A stretch of 64,000 bases of DNA from Candidatus Latescibacterota bacterium (GCA_965198115.1 OZ240241.1:1472001-1536000); one strand, 5' to 3'. Positions 40,017 to 50,780 are shown, counted from the first letter of the stretch. The notes: generated by a model not told the origin, from the sequence alone. Made by a program: numbers and translations.

Positions 40017-41711
40017 TCAAAGGTAGGCTTCGGTGACGTATCGACGCATCATTCGGTGGGTATTGAAGTAGTAGGCATTCTTGCCAATAGCGCTCTTCAT
40101 GACCTGTATCCACCCTGCCCTGTCATCGTAGTAGGTTGGAATAATCACCTTCTCCAGCTTGCGATACAGCCCCTCCAGATCCTCCGCGTCGTCTCGCTCT
40201 CCAACGGAAACTTCGGTAGCCTCGGGGCCGATCGCCCAGCCCGTCACACCCTCGATATGCCCTTCTATCCACCAGCCGTCGAGCACGCTGAAATTCGGCA
40301 CACCGTTGTGGGCAGCCTTCATTCCGCTCGTTCCGGAGGCCTCCTGGGGGCGGATCGGGTTGTTGAGCCAGACGTCGACCCCCGGAATCAGGGTGTAGGC
40401 CAGATCCATATCATAGCCCGGTACAAAAACCCCTCGAATGTCGTCCCCGAGGGATTGTAGACCCGCAACCACACGCTGAATCAGCTCCTTCCCCATCGTA
40501 TCGGCCGGATGCGCCTTCCCCGCGAAAACGATCTGCAGCTTGCCTTTGCCGATACGACGAAGACGATCCAGGTCGGAGAAGATCAGGTCTGCCCGTTTGT
40601 AGGTCGCCGCGCGCCTGGCGAACCCCAGGGTCAGGACGTCCGGGTCCAGTTCCGTAGCCGTCCTCTCCCGCACGAGATCGACCAGACGCGATTTGGCCGT
40701 CTGATGCGCGGTCCAGATCGCTTCATCAGGAATGTGATCAACCCGGACGAACAACTCCGGCTCGTTCGCCCACCCGGGGATGTAACGATCGAACAGATCG
40801 CGAAACGGAGGAGACGTCCACGTGTAGGAGTGAATCCCGTTCGTGATCGCGTGAATCGCATATCCGTGGAACATGTTCTGGGACACTTCGCCGTGTTTTT
40901 TTGCGACCCCGTTCACATACTGGCTCAGGTTGAGAGCCAGAACGGTCATATTCAAGGCGTCTTGACCACCCAGTTCGCGAAGCAGATCGTAGTCGACCGT
41001 ATCACCCAGTACGCGAGACACTTCATCGTAGCTGAACCTGTCGTGACCGGCCTCGACGGGAGTGTGGGTCGTAAACACGCAGCGTGACCTCACTGCCTCA
41101 TCGTCCCACTGAAGACGCTCGTCCCAGACCTGCTGCAGGGGCCGCTTGCCCTGCCTCAGGAGCTCAACCGTGAGGAGGGCGGCGTGTCCTTCGTTCATGT
41201 GATACTTCTTGACCTCGATGCCCAGTTCGTCCAGCATCTGGACGCCCCCGATGCCCAGTACGACCTCCTGCTTCAGCCGATGGAGATGATCTCCTCCGTA
41301 GAGCTGGTCAGTCAACCGCCGATCGTTGTCGTCGTTGCCCTCCACATCGGTATCGAGAAAATAGACGGGGATGATCCCACCAGTTGGGCTCACGACATCG
41401 TATTTCCACGCCCGCACCTGGACGGTCCGCCCCTCGATCGTGATGCCAATCGTCGCATCTTTCAAAGACATCAGAGCAGCCGGATCCCAGGCTACCTCGC
41501 CTTCTTCCTGCCAGCCGTCCTCCCGCAGGGTCTGATCGAAGTATCCCTTACGGTGCAGCAATGTGACTACGACCATCGGCAGTCTCAGATCGGCCGCGGA
41601 CTTGATCGTATCACCAGCCAGCACGCCCAGTCCACCGCTGTAGGTCGGCAACTCGGGTGTCAGCCCGATTTCCATCGAAAAGTAGGCGATCCTCGGTTCG
41701 TCGATGTTCAC
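40017..41711 (-). CDS. glgP: Alpha-glucan phosphorylase
   Basis: AYFSMEIG, YSGGLGVLAGD, HMNEGH, EASGTSGMKA. Confidence 0.95.
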   Translation of the reverse strand: MNIDEPRIAYFSMEIGLTPELPTYSGGLGVLAGDTIKSAADLRLPMVVVTLLHRKGYFDQTLREDGWQEEGEVAWDPAALMSLKDATIGITIEGRTVQVRAWKYDVVSPTGGIIPVYFLDTDVEGNDDNDRRLTDQLYGGDHLHRLKQEVVLGIGGVQMLDELGIEVKKYHMNEGHAALLTVELLRQGKRPLQQVWDERLQWDDEAVRSRCVFTTHTPVEAGHDRFSYDEVSRVLGDTVDYDLLRELGGQDALNMTVLALNLSQYVNGVAKKHGEVSQNMFHGYAIHAITNGIHSYTWTSPPFRDLFDRYIPGWANEPELFVRVDHIPDEAIWTAHQTAKSRLVDLVRERTATELDPDVLTLGFARRAATYKRADLIFSDLDRLRRIGKGKLQIVFAGKAHPADTMGKELIQRVVAGLQSLGDDIRGVFVPGYDMDLAYTLIPGVDVWLNNPIRPQEASGTSGMKAAHNGVPNFSVLDGWWIEGHIEGVTGWAIGPEATEVSVGERDDAEDLEGLYRKLEKVIIPTYYDDRAGWIQVMKSAIGKNAYYFNTHRMMRRYVTEAYL

Positions 41712-41724
41712 CTGCCCTCACCCC

Positions 41725-42546
41725 CTAAAGACGGTCGATCACCCGTCGCAGTTGCCGAACCCCTTTGAGCATGAGTTCGGGCCCACCCCAGTGTTCGATG
41801 CTCGCAGCACCCCTGTATCCATCGTCTAAGAGCTGCCGCAAGAAGACATCGTAGGGCATGTCGCTCCCGGTGATCGGCTCGATCTCCTTGTCGGGATTGG
41901 GCTTCACGTGAAGGTGGGTAATCCTGCCCTTTATCTGCTCGTAGCCGTCGGGCATGTGCCGCTCCTCGCAACGAATCCCGTTGTTGACATCCCAGCAGAA
42001 ACTGAAGCCCTCGGTCCCGCCGCTCGACGCCTCCAGCGCATCGGCGACCTCACGCGCCTCTCGACACGATCCGACCATCGTCGAGTTCTCGTTCTCCAGG
42101 GAGAGCGTAACGCCGGCATCCCGTGCGCGCTCGACAATAGGCGTAAGGAAAGGCACGATCGTATCGAGGTTGCGCTGGATGCCGGGTCGTGTTCGGTGCT
42201 CTTCCCTACGATGCGGATTCCACAGAGCGAATCCTCGAATGATCGTCGTTTCGAACGCGTGCGCGAGCTCGATCATCCGATCGAACGTGCGTTGATGCTC
42301 AGCCTTCTCCCCATCATCATCGTGCACGCACTTGCCAACGGGTGAGCCAATGCACAGAATCTTCACATCGTGGTGCGCCACGATGTCCTGAACCCGTTTC
42401 ACCGTATCGTCATCGATCTCCTGAACACGCTGTCCCCAGATCCCGCCTCTGAGTTCGATGCCCGTCGCGCCCGCCTCGACACCCAGTCGTACGGCTTTGT
42501 CGAAATCCTCTTTCGATACTTCGTCCGCGAAAAACGCCAGTTCCAT
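41725..42546 (-). CDS. Sugar phosphate isomerase/epimerase
   Basis: FADEV, IELRG, LENE, WDVNN, HLHVK. Confidence 0.85.
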   Translation of the reverse strand: MELAFFADEVSKEDFDKAVRLGVEAGATGIELRGGIWGQRVQEIDDDTVKRVQDIVAHHDVKILCIGSPVGKCVHDDDGEKAEHQRTFDRMIELAHAFETTIIRGFALWNPHRREEHRTRPGIQRNLDTIVPFLTPIVERARDAGVTLSLENENSTMVGSCREAREVADALEASSGGTEGFSFCWDVNNGIRCEERHMPDGYEQIKGRITHLHVKPNPDKEIEPITGSDMPYDVFLRQLLDDGYRGAASIEHWGGPELMLKGVRQLRRVIDRL

Positions 42547-42596
42547 CCACACTCCCTTGCTCGAACTTACAGCTGGCCCCGAATCGGAAGTAACAA

Positions 42597-42676
42597 GGTA
42601 TCGGGTCACCGCGACCTGTCAAGAAGTTAGGCTTGAATCACGGCCGCCTTGACAGGTCAGTCACCCGTTCTATACT
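42597..42676. promoter_or_regulatory. Back-to-back divergent promoters sharing an 11-bp inverted repeat
   Basis: GACCTGTCAAG-N24-CTTGACAGGTC; plus strand TTGACA-N16-TATACT. Confidence 0.55.
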
Positions 42677-42733
42677 GAGGCGATCGATGAGTCTCGTCCG
42701 AACGATCCTGTTGATCGAATCGAAAGGAACCTC

Positions 42734-43931
42734 ATGCCTCGAACGATCGATCTGGCCATCATCGGGTGCGGTGGCATCGCAGGCGCTCACCTTCGACGGT
42801 ATCGCGAACTGCGGGCAGCAGGAGAAACTCGATTCAGGATCGTCGCCACCGTCGACGAGGCCCTGCCTCGTGCACGTGCGTTCGCCGACGACATCGCGAC
42901 GGAAACAGGCTGGGAGGTCCGCGCCTACAGGTCAGTAGCAGATCTCCTCGATGCCGGACGCACGATCGATGGAGTCGACATCTGCGGTCCGCACGGTCTG
43001 CATCACGTCCTCGCGTGCGAACTCCTGAACGGCGGCGTCAACATCCTCTGCGAAAAGCCGATCGGTATTACCGTCAAAGCAACCAAGAAGATCATCGCGA
43101 CGGCAAGGAGGAAAGGACTGATCGCCGCCAACGCCGAGCAGTGCAGACGCAGCATCGGCCAGCGGACTATTCACTGGGCCTTCAATCGAAGCGGCCTTCT
43201 CGGTGAACCCAGACTCTGGCTCGCCGCCCGATATGGGTGGCAAGATCCCGCGGACATTCCAGCGTGGCATTGGCGGATTGATCGAAAGCTCGGCGGGTGC
43301 GGGATGGCCATGGACAGTGGGGCTCACTGGGTCGACACCATGCGCTACTGGTTCGGCGACGTCGAGTCGGTTTACGCTCGCGTCGAGCAGTTCGAGAAGC
43401 GGCCGCATCGCAAGGGAGCCCGCCTCGTGGCCGATTCGCGCGAGGCTCTGGACGAGCATCTTCAATTTCAAAAACGGCGTCATCGGCACGTGGTCGTGGA
43501 CGATCAGCGCATCAGGGCGCGCGTTCACGCAGCTTTCATTAACCGGTACGAAAGGCTCGATCGTTGCCGAAGACATCTTCCACCCTGCCGCCTCTGGACC
43601 CCGAGGAGAGGCCAATTTGATCGATGGCACTTCCTACAGCATCGAGAAGCTACAGCAGATGTTCATCGAGGATATCAGCGCCCGCGAACGAAACCGGCTG
43701 TTCCCCCACGGTCTCACCAATGGCATGGCCATCGAACTCTGGGACTTCGTCGACGCGCTCGCGAAGGGGCGAAACGTCGAGATCGACGCCGAGGAGGGGC
43801 TCAAAAGCAAAGCGATCAGCGAGGCCATCTACGAATCGGGCAAGTCCGGGAAAGTCGTAAAAGTCGCGGACGTGATCCGGGGTAAAGTGGACGCCTACCA
43901 GCGGGACGTGGATCGGTACTGGAAGCTGTAG
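42734..43931 (+). pseudogene. Gfo/Idh/MocA oxidoreductase, frameshift near 43443
   Basis: IIGCGGIA, CEKP, DSGAHWVD; C-terminus continues in the frame of 43203..43931. Confidence 0.82.
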
Positions 43932-43975
43932 ATCGCACATATCACGAGACTTCGCCTTCTGAAACGAACACAGAA

Positions 43976-44005
43976 AGCCCCGACTGTCCGTGGACAATCG
44001 GGGCT
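43976..44005. terminator. Hairpin between convergent genes
   Basis: AGCCCCGACTGTCC GT GGACAATCGGGGCT. Confidence 0.7.
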
Positions 44006-44022
44006 CTTCCAATGGCGTCTCG

Positions 44023-45864
44023 TCAGGATCCGGGGTGGAGCAGCGGTTCGCCCGTGTGGGCAACCAGGATGCGTTCGATCTCCGACTGAAACTCTTCCAG
44101 GGATTCGGTGATCTGGTGACGGAACTCGTCCCGCACGGCGTCGCAGTACTCGTGCGCGGCGCGCACCAGGACATCCGCGTTCTGATGAATGGCCTTCTTT
44201 TTATCGGCCAGGTTCACGAACCGATGATTCACCGCGCCCATCAGTCTGCTCGCGTATCCTTCGACGTTACGAAGGGTTTCCCGCGAACCTCCAGCAAACC
44301 GTTCGAGCTCTGCGACGGCGACTTCGAAAAATGTCTTTACCTCGTCGACGTGAAGCGCCTGCTGAGTGGTCACGATCAAGTGATGGCCTTGAACGGCCAG
44401 CCGCACGGCATCGGGCATCCGTTCCGGGCGAGTCAGGAGCGTACGCGCCAGAAACTTCCAATATTGGCCCCGGTATGAGCCAACCACACCCTGTCGCCAG
44501 ATCGAAATGAACAGAGCCCTGAATTCGGTCCAGCTCAGCGGATTCTTCGACACGGCCTTTCGCTGCATGTGGTCGAACAGTGTGGAGCAACGCTCGAAGA
44601 AGATCTCCGGACTGTTGAGCGTCTCGACCGCCTTCCGATGCTGGCTGATCAGCACGTCGGGATCCATTTTGGGTACAAAACTCAGCTGACGACTGAAGAC
44701 CCCGGAATCGCCCGTGTATTTCGCCCCTTCCACCAACCTTCCCGCCCGGGAGAATCGCTTGTAGTCCGGCGTATCTCTCAAAACGCCGAGAATCCCCACC
44801 ATCGCAACCGGAATACCGGCTGCCTGGATGAACGCGATCATTCGATCGCCAATATCCTCGGGGTCGGTGTCCAATCCCATGATGAATCCGGCCTGGACTT
44901 CGAACCCGAAGGTCTGCAGCTTCACAACCTTGTCGAGCAGGGGCGTGTCGCCCTGAAGGTTTTTTCTGGCTCCCATGAACTTCAGACTCTCCTCGACCGG
45001 TGACTCGATACCGGCGAAGACCTTGTCGAAGCCCGCGGACCACATGGCCTCGAGCAGAGGTTCATCATCGCTCAGGCGAATGCTCGCTTGCGTGTGGAAC
45101 TGGAAGGGGTAGTCGCGTGCCCTCTGCCACGGACCTACTTCTTCTTCCAACGCAACGCGGATCGCATCGGCGTTGCCGACAAAATTATCGTCGACCGCCA
45201 TGACCGAACCTCGCCAACCCGAATCGTAAAGCGCTTCGAGCTCCTCTACCATCCGACTCTTCGCCTTAATGCGCGTCGTCTTACCGTAGAGCGAGGGGAT
45301 GTTGCAGAACGTACAGCTTTCGGGACAACCGCGCGTGATCTGCACGACCATCGCACTGTAGTCCTTATAGTCGATCAGATCCCATCGTGGAATCGGTGTC
45401 GTGGAGAGGTCCTGGAACTGACCGCGGCGGTCGATCGTCCCTCGTTCGACGGCTTCTGGATGTGCGACCATCCGATCGACGATGTCGACGAACCCGTTCT
45501 CCGCCTCTCCGAGGTAGAAAACGGCCTCGCCCTCGATCTCGTCGTAATACTGCGTGGGTAACGGACCTCCGTTCAGCACCGGCACACTCCGGGCGTTGCA
45601 TCGAGCGATGACCTCTTCCAGAGACGGCCAATGGATGATCATCGACGAGGTGATCACAACATCCGACCACGCCAGGTCTTCATCGGTCAAAGGGGTAACG
45701 TTCATGTCGAGCACACGCAGGTCATACCGGTCGGGCATCATCCCGGCAATCGTAAGCAGCCCGAGTGGTGGAAACGCGTTCTTCTTTCCGATCATCTTCA
45801 GCGCTTCATCGAAGCTCCAGAAGGTGATCGGATTCTTCGGGCTGACCAGCAATGCGTTCGGCAT
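44023..45864 (-). CDS. B12-binding radical SAM protein (DUF4070 type)
   Basis: PPLGLLT, RGCPESCTFC, VDDNF, GIESP, GFIMGLD. Confidence 0.9.
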   Translation of the reverse strand: MPNALLVSPKNPITFWSFDEALKMIGKKNAFPPLGLLTIAGMMPDRYDLRVLDMNVTPLTDEDLAWSDVVITSSMIIHWPSLEEVIARCNARSVPVLNGGPLPTQYYDEIEGEAVFYLGEAENGFVDIVDRMVAHPEAVERGTIDRRGQFQDLSTTPIPRWDLIDYKDYSAMVVQITRGCPESCTFCNIPSLYGKTTRIKAKSRMVEELEALYDSGWRGSVMAVDDNFVGNADAIRVALEEEVGPWQRARDYPFQFHTQASIRLSDDEPLLEAMWSAGFDKVFAGIESPVEESLKFMGARKNLQGDTPLLDKVVKLQTFGFEVQAGFIMGLDTDPEDIGDRMIAFIQAAGIPVAMVGILGVLRDTPDYKRFSRAGRLVEGAKYTGDSGVFSRQLSFVPKMDPDVLISQHRKAVETLNSPEIFFERCSTLFDHMQRKAVSKNPLSWTEFRALFISIWRQGVVGSYRGQYWKFLARTLLTRPERMPDAVRLAVQGHHLIVTTQQALHVDEVKTFFEVAVAELERFAGGSRETLRNVEGYASRLMGAVNHRFVNLADKKKAIHQNADVLVRAAHEYCDAVRDEFRHQITESLEEFQSEIERILVAHTGEPLLHPGS

Positions 45865-45884
45865 GGCTTCCTCTTCGCCCTTCC

Positions 45885-46169
45885 CTATGCTCCGTAAACC
45901 TGGTGTCGGGGAGGACCGGCTAAAACCTGCTCCTTGCCCCAATTAGTTACCCGAGCAAACTGCTCGGACCCGATGAATGCATTGAACGCGGTCACGTCAT
46001 TCCATTCCGACACGATCAGATACGATCGGGTCTGGTTGACGTCTTCGTAAAGATGGGACACGAGATGCCCCTCGATATCCATCATAACTTCCAAAACGCT
46101 CTTGAACGCCCGTTCGAAAACCTCGCCCTTACCCTCCAAAACCTCATAATTCATGCCAATCGTCACCAT
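45885..46169 (-). CDS. Antibiotic biosynthesis monooxygenase (ABM) domain protein
   Basis: 94 aa, YLIVSEW, AFNAFIGS. Confidence 0.8.
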   Translation of the reverse strand: MVTIGMNYEVLEGKGEVFERAFKSVLEVMMDIEGHLVSHLYEDVNQTRSYLIVSEWNDVTAFNAFIGSEQFARVTNWGKEQVLAGPPRHQVYGA

Positions 46170-46325
46170 CTGGTATCTGACCCCGGTCTGTCGTGCGCAA
46201 AGATTGAGGAATATAAGTGGATTATTCGTTCCGTTAAAGCGAATTGTTCGCTCAGAATCCCTTGACTTTGGATAGAGGAGGCGGCATCATCGCACCACTG
46301 TAAAGCCACCGTCAAAGGAAGCCTC

Positions 46326-48574
46326 GTGCAGTCAATCATGTTCACAAACACCTCGAAGGCCGAGACCCCGGCGGCATCATCGACGCGCTTAAATCGGTCG
46401 GTGTGGAGGGCGCCGATCTATGCGTCCGGGACGGATACCCCGTGAACCCGGCGAATATCGCGATCGCACTCCCCGATGCGGCCCGTCGTTTTGCCGATGA
46501 GGGCCTCTCCATTCCACTCGTGACCGCCCCCGGTGACTTCAACCGTCCCGACATCGACTATGCCGAAGCCTACTTCGCAGCGTGCGGGGAGGCGGGCGTG
46601 GGACACATCAAGCTCGGCTACTGGCACTGGTCCGCCGACAAACACTACTGGACCCACCTGGATGAAATCCGCGGCTTCGTCGAGGGATTCCAAAAGCTGT
46701 CTGCCGCAACAGGCGTCAAGACCGTCGTCCACAACCACTCCGGCAAGTTCATGGGGCTTCACTCCTGCGCGGCCATGAACGTCGTCAAGGATTTCGACCC
46801 GGTTCACGTGGGTGTCTTCGCCGACACCGGGCACCTGTCAGTGTGTGGAGAGCCGATCGAAATGGCACTCGATATCGTGCGGGACTACCTGAGCGTCATG
46901 GCATTCAAGGACCTCATCAGGCAGCGTCCACTCGGACGAAACGTGCAGGGCAATCCGTCGGGAGGGGTGATGCGACTCGGGCAGGGGTTCGTCGACTGGC
47001 CAGCGGCCATTCAAGCCATTCGGACGATCGGGTTCGACGGACCCGTCAGCTTCCACAGCGAATACTCTGGCGAAACGGTTGAAACAGTAATCGACCTCGC
47101 CCGCGCCGACGTGCGTTTTTATGGCTATATCCGGATCTCTCAACGAGATGAAGTGGGTGAAGGTGCCGTGGTTCCTGGCATGGGGGCGCGGTTAGCGTGT
47201 GCGGAACCTCTTCGGAATCTGCTCAGGGATGTTTATGTCTCCGACGGTAAGGAAGATCATATCGTTGAATGCGTCGAGTGTGCGGAATCCGCTGGCTCGG
47301 TTCTTGACGATTTGGACGATTCGGTTGAGGCCTTCGGCGATGGCGTTGGTAAGACGCGTGTTCACGAATGCGAGGACGCCGAAGAAGTGCTGTCGCAGGG
47401 TCCTGACGAACTTTCGCAGGGGTTCACGTCGACTTCTGAGTGCGGACGTCGTCCAGCATTTCAGGAAGCGTTCGGCAGCCCAGGGCGCTTTGTATTCCCA
47501 GAACTGCTCGAACTCGTCCTTGAGTCTCCAGGCTCTATAGATTCGGTAGTTCGCCTTCTCCAGTGCTTTGAGTGTCCGAGTATCCCCTCTGGAGCGTGTC
47601 GCTGAGTGCCGGTAGAGGAGCCATCGGAGGCCCTTCATGGCTTTGCGCTCATCCGGGGCAGCTTTACGCCACTGGTCCTTACGGACCTCGTCAACGGCGG
47701 CATTGAGAGCCTTGACGATGTGAAAGCGATCGAGGACCAGCTTGGCATTCGGACAGTGTTCCTGGATGGCTCCGATGTAAGCTTCGCTCATGTCGCAGCA
47801 GGCCCACTCGATCTTGGATCTCTGGTAGGGACTGAGAGCCTCTGTGAAGAACCGATCGATCGTTTTACGCGCCCTGCCGCGGCCAACCCACACCACGCAG
47901 GAGCGGTCCAGATCGTAAACGAGCGTGGCGTACCTGTGACGCTTGGCGTAGGAGATCTCGTCGATCCCGATGGTTTTGAGCCCTCGGATACGATGACCTT
48001 CACGAAGCCGCGTGATGGATCGGTGAAGGAGATCCGACAGCGTCGAGGCAGAGATGCGCAGTAACTCGGACGCCGCCTTCTGCGTCATGGTCTGGCAGTA
48101 GCGCAACATGGCATACTCGAAGCGATACGTCACCCGAGAGAACCGCTCCGCCCACGGAATCTCCTCGACCACACGACCGTGGGTAGGACACCGAATCTCC
48201 CGAGGATGGTAGAGAAGCCAGACCCTCCACCCGCACACCGGAATGTCACGCCACCGACGCGGATGGGGCATTGTGCGGACGATTTTACCTCGACGGCCGC
48301 ACTCCGGACAACAACAACCATTCTTATGTGGCTTTACGGCGATGACGAAACAGCTTCTCCCCTCAAACCACCAGCTGACAACACGGAACCCCTTGAATCT
48401 CAGCAGTTTCGATAGTAATCTGCTCCCGGTCATAGGTCGCACCCCCTTCGCTTTGATTGTCCTACACACACAACCAAGCGTAGGGAACGATCTATGACCT
48501 TGTCATTCTATAGTTTCACCGTTGAGAAACCCGGATAGAGCCGTTTTTTTACCGACCTCTGGAACGAAATCTGA
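46326..48574 (+). pseudogene. Sugar phosphate isomerase/epimerase with an N-terminal frameshift and ISL3 in its last codons
   Basis: MQSIMFT|KHLEG frameshift near 46346; HNHSG, DTGH; VRF|FTDLWNEI resumes after the IS. Confidence 0.82.
47123..48542 (-). mobile_element. ISL3 copy D, intact transposase 47192-48433
   Basis: 1420 bp, imperfect TSD GTTTTTAT / GTTTTTTT. Confidence 0.96.
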
Positions 48575-48587
48575 CCACGGAGGAACC

Positions 48588-49619
48588 ATGGCCAAAGCGA
48601 AAAAAGCCAAGAAGACCAAGAAGGCCAAGAAGACCGCACCTGCCCCTGTCAGGAAACTACGCGTCGCCTTCATCGGGGCCGGTAACCGAGCTTTGAGCGC
48701 GCACTATCCGTCGATTCGCGAAATGCGAGACGCCGAGATCTGCGCCGTCGCCGAGCTCAACGAGGAACGGCTCGAACGCGTCACGAAGCAATATCGCATC
48801 AAGGGCGCCTACACCAATTACATCAGGATGATCGAACAGGAGCGCCCTGACGTCGTCTATGCGATCATGCCTGCCCATCATCTCTACGACACGGCTGCCA
48901 CAGCGATGGACATGGGATGTAATCTCATCGTCGAGAAGCCGCCATCGGTTACGGCAGAGCAGACGCGACAGATGGCCATCATCGCCCGCAGGCGCAAGGT
49001 CGTCACGGGCGTGACCACACAGCGTCGATTCGCGCCAGTCATTCGCACCGGCAAGGAAGCGTGTGAGGCCGTAGGACCCGTGCACACCGCCGAAGCGGCT
49101 TTCGTCAAGTACACGCCTCCAGGCGCCGGCGGGACCTATCGAGGAGCCGTCGACCTCCTCACTGTGGACGGCATCCACGCCGTCGACACGCTGCGCTACC
49201 TCTGCGGAGGCGAAGTCGTCAGTGTGGCCAGCGACGTCCGCCGTGTCGGGGCCGAGCACCAGACCCTCTTCCTCGCGTTGGTGCGTTTCAGCTCGGGTGC
49301 GACGGGGTTCCTCAAATTCGGCTACAAGATGGGACGCCGGATCTTCTCCGTCGAAGCGCACAGCGAAGGCATCTCCTTCTACGGGGATCCGGAAGAAGGG
49401 GGAAGATTGTTCACCGAAGGCAAAGTCGAACCGTCAAAACTCCTGGACGCCCACAAACTCAGCCGGAGCCAGAAATCGCATCGCGCCTACGGTGCTTTCG
49501 CGATGAACCGTCACTTCCTCGAGTGTGTCCGCGAGGGGCGACAGCCTGAAACCAGTTTCGAAGACGCGCTCAAGACGATGGAACTCGTCGAGGCCATTCT
49601 CCACCACGCGCAGATCTAG
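48588..49619 (+). CDS. Gfo/Idh/MocA oxidoreductase with Lys-rich N-terminus
   Basis: FIGAGN, VEKPP, DGIHAVD; GGAGG RBS. Confidence 0.88.
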   Translation: MAKAKKAKKTKKAKKTAPAPVRKLRVAFIGAGNRALSAHYPSIREMRDAEICAVAELNEERLERVTKQYRIKGAYTNYIRMIEQERPDVVYAIMPAHHLYDTAATAMDMGCNLIVEKPPSVTAEQTRQMAIIARRRKVVTGVTTQRRFAPVIRTGKEACEAVGPVHTAEAAFVKYTPPGAGGTYRGAVDLLTVDGIHAVDTLRYLCGGEVVSVASDVRRVGAEHQTLFLALVRFSSGATGFLKFGYKMGRRIFSVEAHSEGISFYGDPEEGGRLFTEGKVEPSKLLDAHKLSRSQKSHRAYGAFAMNRHFLECVREGRQPETSFEDALKTMELVEAILHHAQI

Positions 49620-49622
49620 CCA

Positions 49623-49783
49623 GGGTAGGTGCGGCCGAGTCTGTACCAAGCGGAATCGCGGTGGAGCGGTCTCCCGACCGCGAACTGGGAGCAGGCGAGC
49701 AGACGTGGCTTTGGCATGCGGCCATCTTCTTAGGGTAGGAGCGGCCGGATCCTGTCCCGAGCGGAGTCGAGGGAGGCCGCGAA
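49623..49783 (+). repeat. Two GTAG-type REP-like palindromes
   Basis: GGGTAGG(T/A)GCGGCCG...CCGCGAA units starting near 49623 and 49733. Confidence 0.55.
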
Positions 49784-49813
49784 AAAGGCACTTATCGTCA
49801 ACGGATAGAGCAA

Positions 49814-50677
49814 ATGCTAAGTTCTGACCTACGGGACGCGTTTCTCAACGACGGTTACTTGATCATCGACGAGGCGTTCCCGCCAGAGGACCTCAACGGC
49901 CTGATCGCGGAGTTCGACGCGACGGTCGAGACAAACGCACGGGACGCGGTAGCGGCTGGTCTGATCGAGGAGACATTCCCGGACAAAGCCTTCCCGACCC
50001 GGCTGGCGCGCATTGTCGAGGCGGCATCGGACCGAACGGCGGCAGACGAGATCGACGGTGTCCTCTTCCGCGCTTTGAGGGGCAAGCTCCGCTCCCCCGC
50101 TATGTTCGGCGTCCTCACCCACCCCGTACTGCTCGACATCGTCGAATCCATCATCGGTAGCGAGATTCTCGCCCATCCCCAATTCAACGTGCGCGCGAAG
50201 CTCCCTGCACAGGACAGGACCGTCGTCCCGTGGCACCAGGATCTGGGCTATCTGCAGGAGGACGCGGCCGACACGATGATGGTCAACATCTGGCTTCCGC
50301 TCGTCGACGCCACGCAAGAAAACGGCTGCCTCGAGGTCATCTCGGGCAGCCATCTTCAGCTGATCGACCATACACACGGTCTCGGCCCGGCCGGCAATTT
50401 CAAGGGCCTCACGGAAGAGGACCTCCCATCGGGCGAGCGAGTACCTTGCCCCGTGCCAAAAGGCGGCGTATTGCTCGTCCAGCATCGCACCATTCACCGC
50501 TCTCTCAACAACGTGTCCGACCACATCCGTTGGAGCCTCGACATCCGCTACAGCGATCCGGACATGCCCACGGGTCGCCACGGCGTGCCCGGGTTCATCG
50601 CCCGCAGCGCCAAGAATCCCGACCGGGTCGCCCGATCGCTCGCCGACTGGAACGCCCTGTTCGAAAAGGTCGGATAG
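49814..50677 (+). CDS. Phytanoyl-CoA dioxygenase (PhyH) family
   Basis: PWHQD, IWLPLVDA, NGCLEVISGSH, IHRS. Confidence 0.92.
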   Translation: MLSSDLRDAFLNDGYLIIDEAFPPEDLNGLIAEFDATVETNARDAVAAGLIEETFPDKAFPTRLARIVEAASDRTAADEIDGVLFRALRGKLRSPAMFGVLTHPVLLDIVESIIGSEILAHPQFNVRAKLPAQDRTVVPWHQDLGYLQEDAADTMMVNIWLPLVDATQENGCLEVISGSHLQLIDHTHGLGPAGNFKGLTEEDLPSGERVPCPVPKGGVLLVQHRTIHRSLNNVSDHIRWSLDIRYSDPDMPTGRHGVPGFIARSAKNPDRVARSLADWNALFEKVG

Positions 50678-50682
50678 CCAGC

Positions 50683-50780
50683 AGCGCCCCCGGGCTGAGC
50701 GCAGGGGCGAGCGAGCGCGTTTAACATTCCTATTAAAGATTATGTGTTGCGCTCGCCCCTGTGTTTAGCACAGGGACGCT
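50683..50780. repeat. REPIN/MITE-like inverted repeat pair
   Basis: 31-bp arms (25/31 match), each self-complementary, around an AT-rich spacer. Confidence 0.65.

Noticed and set aside
46403-47605. 400-aa apparent fusion protein
   Set aside because: Read-through of a truncated isomerase into the ISL3 antisense strand.
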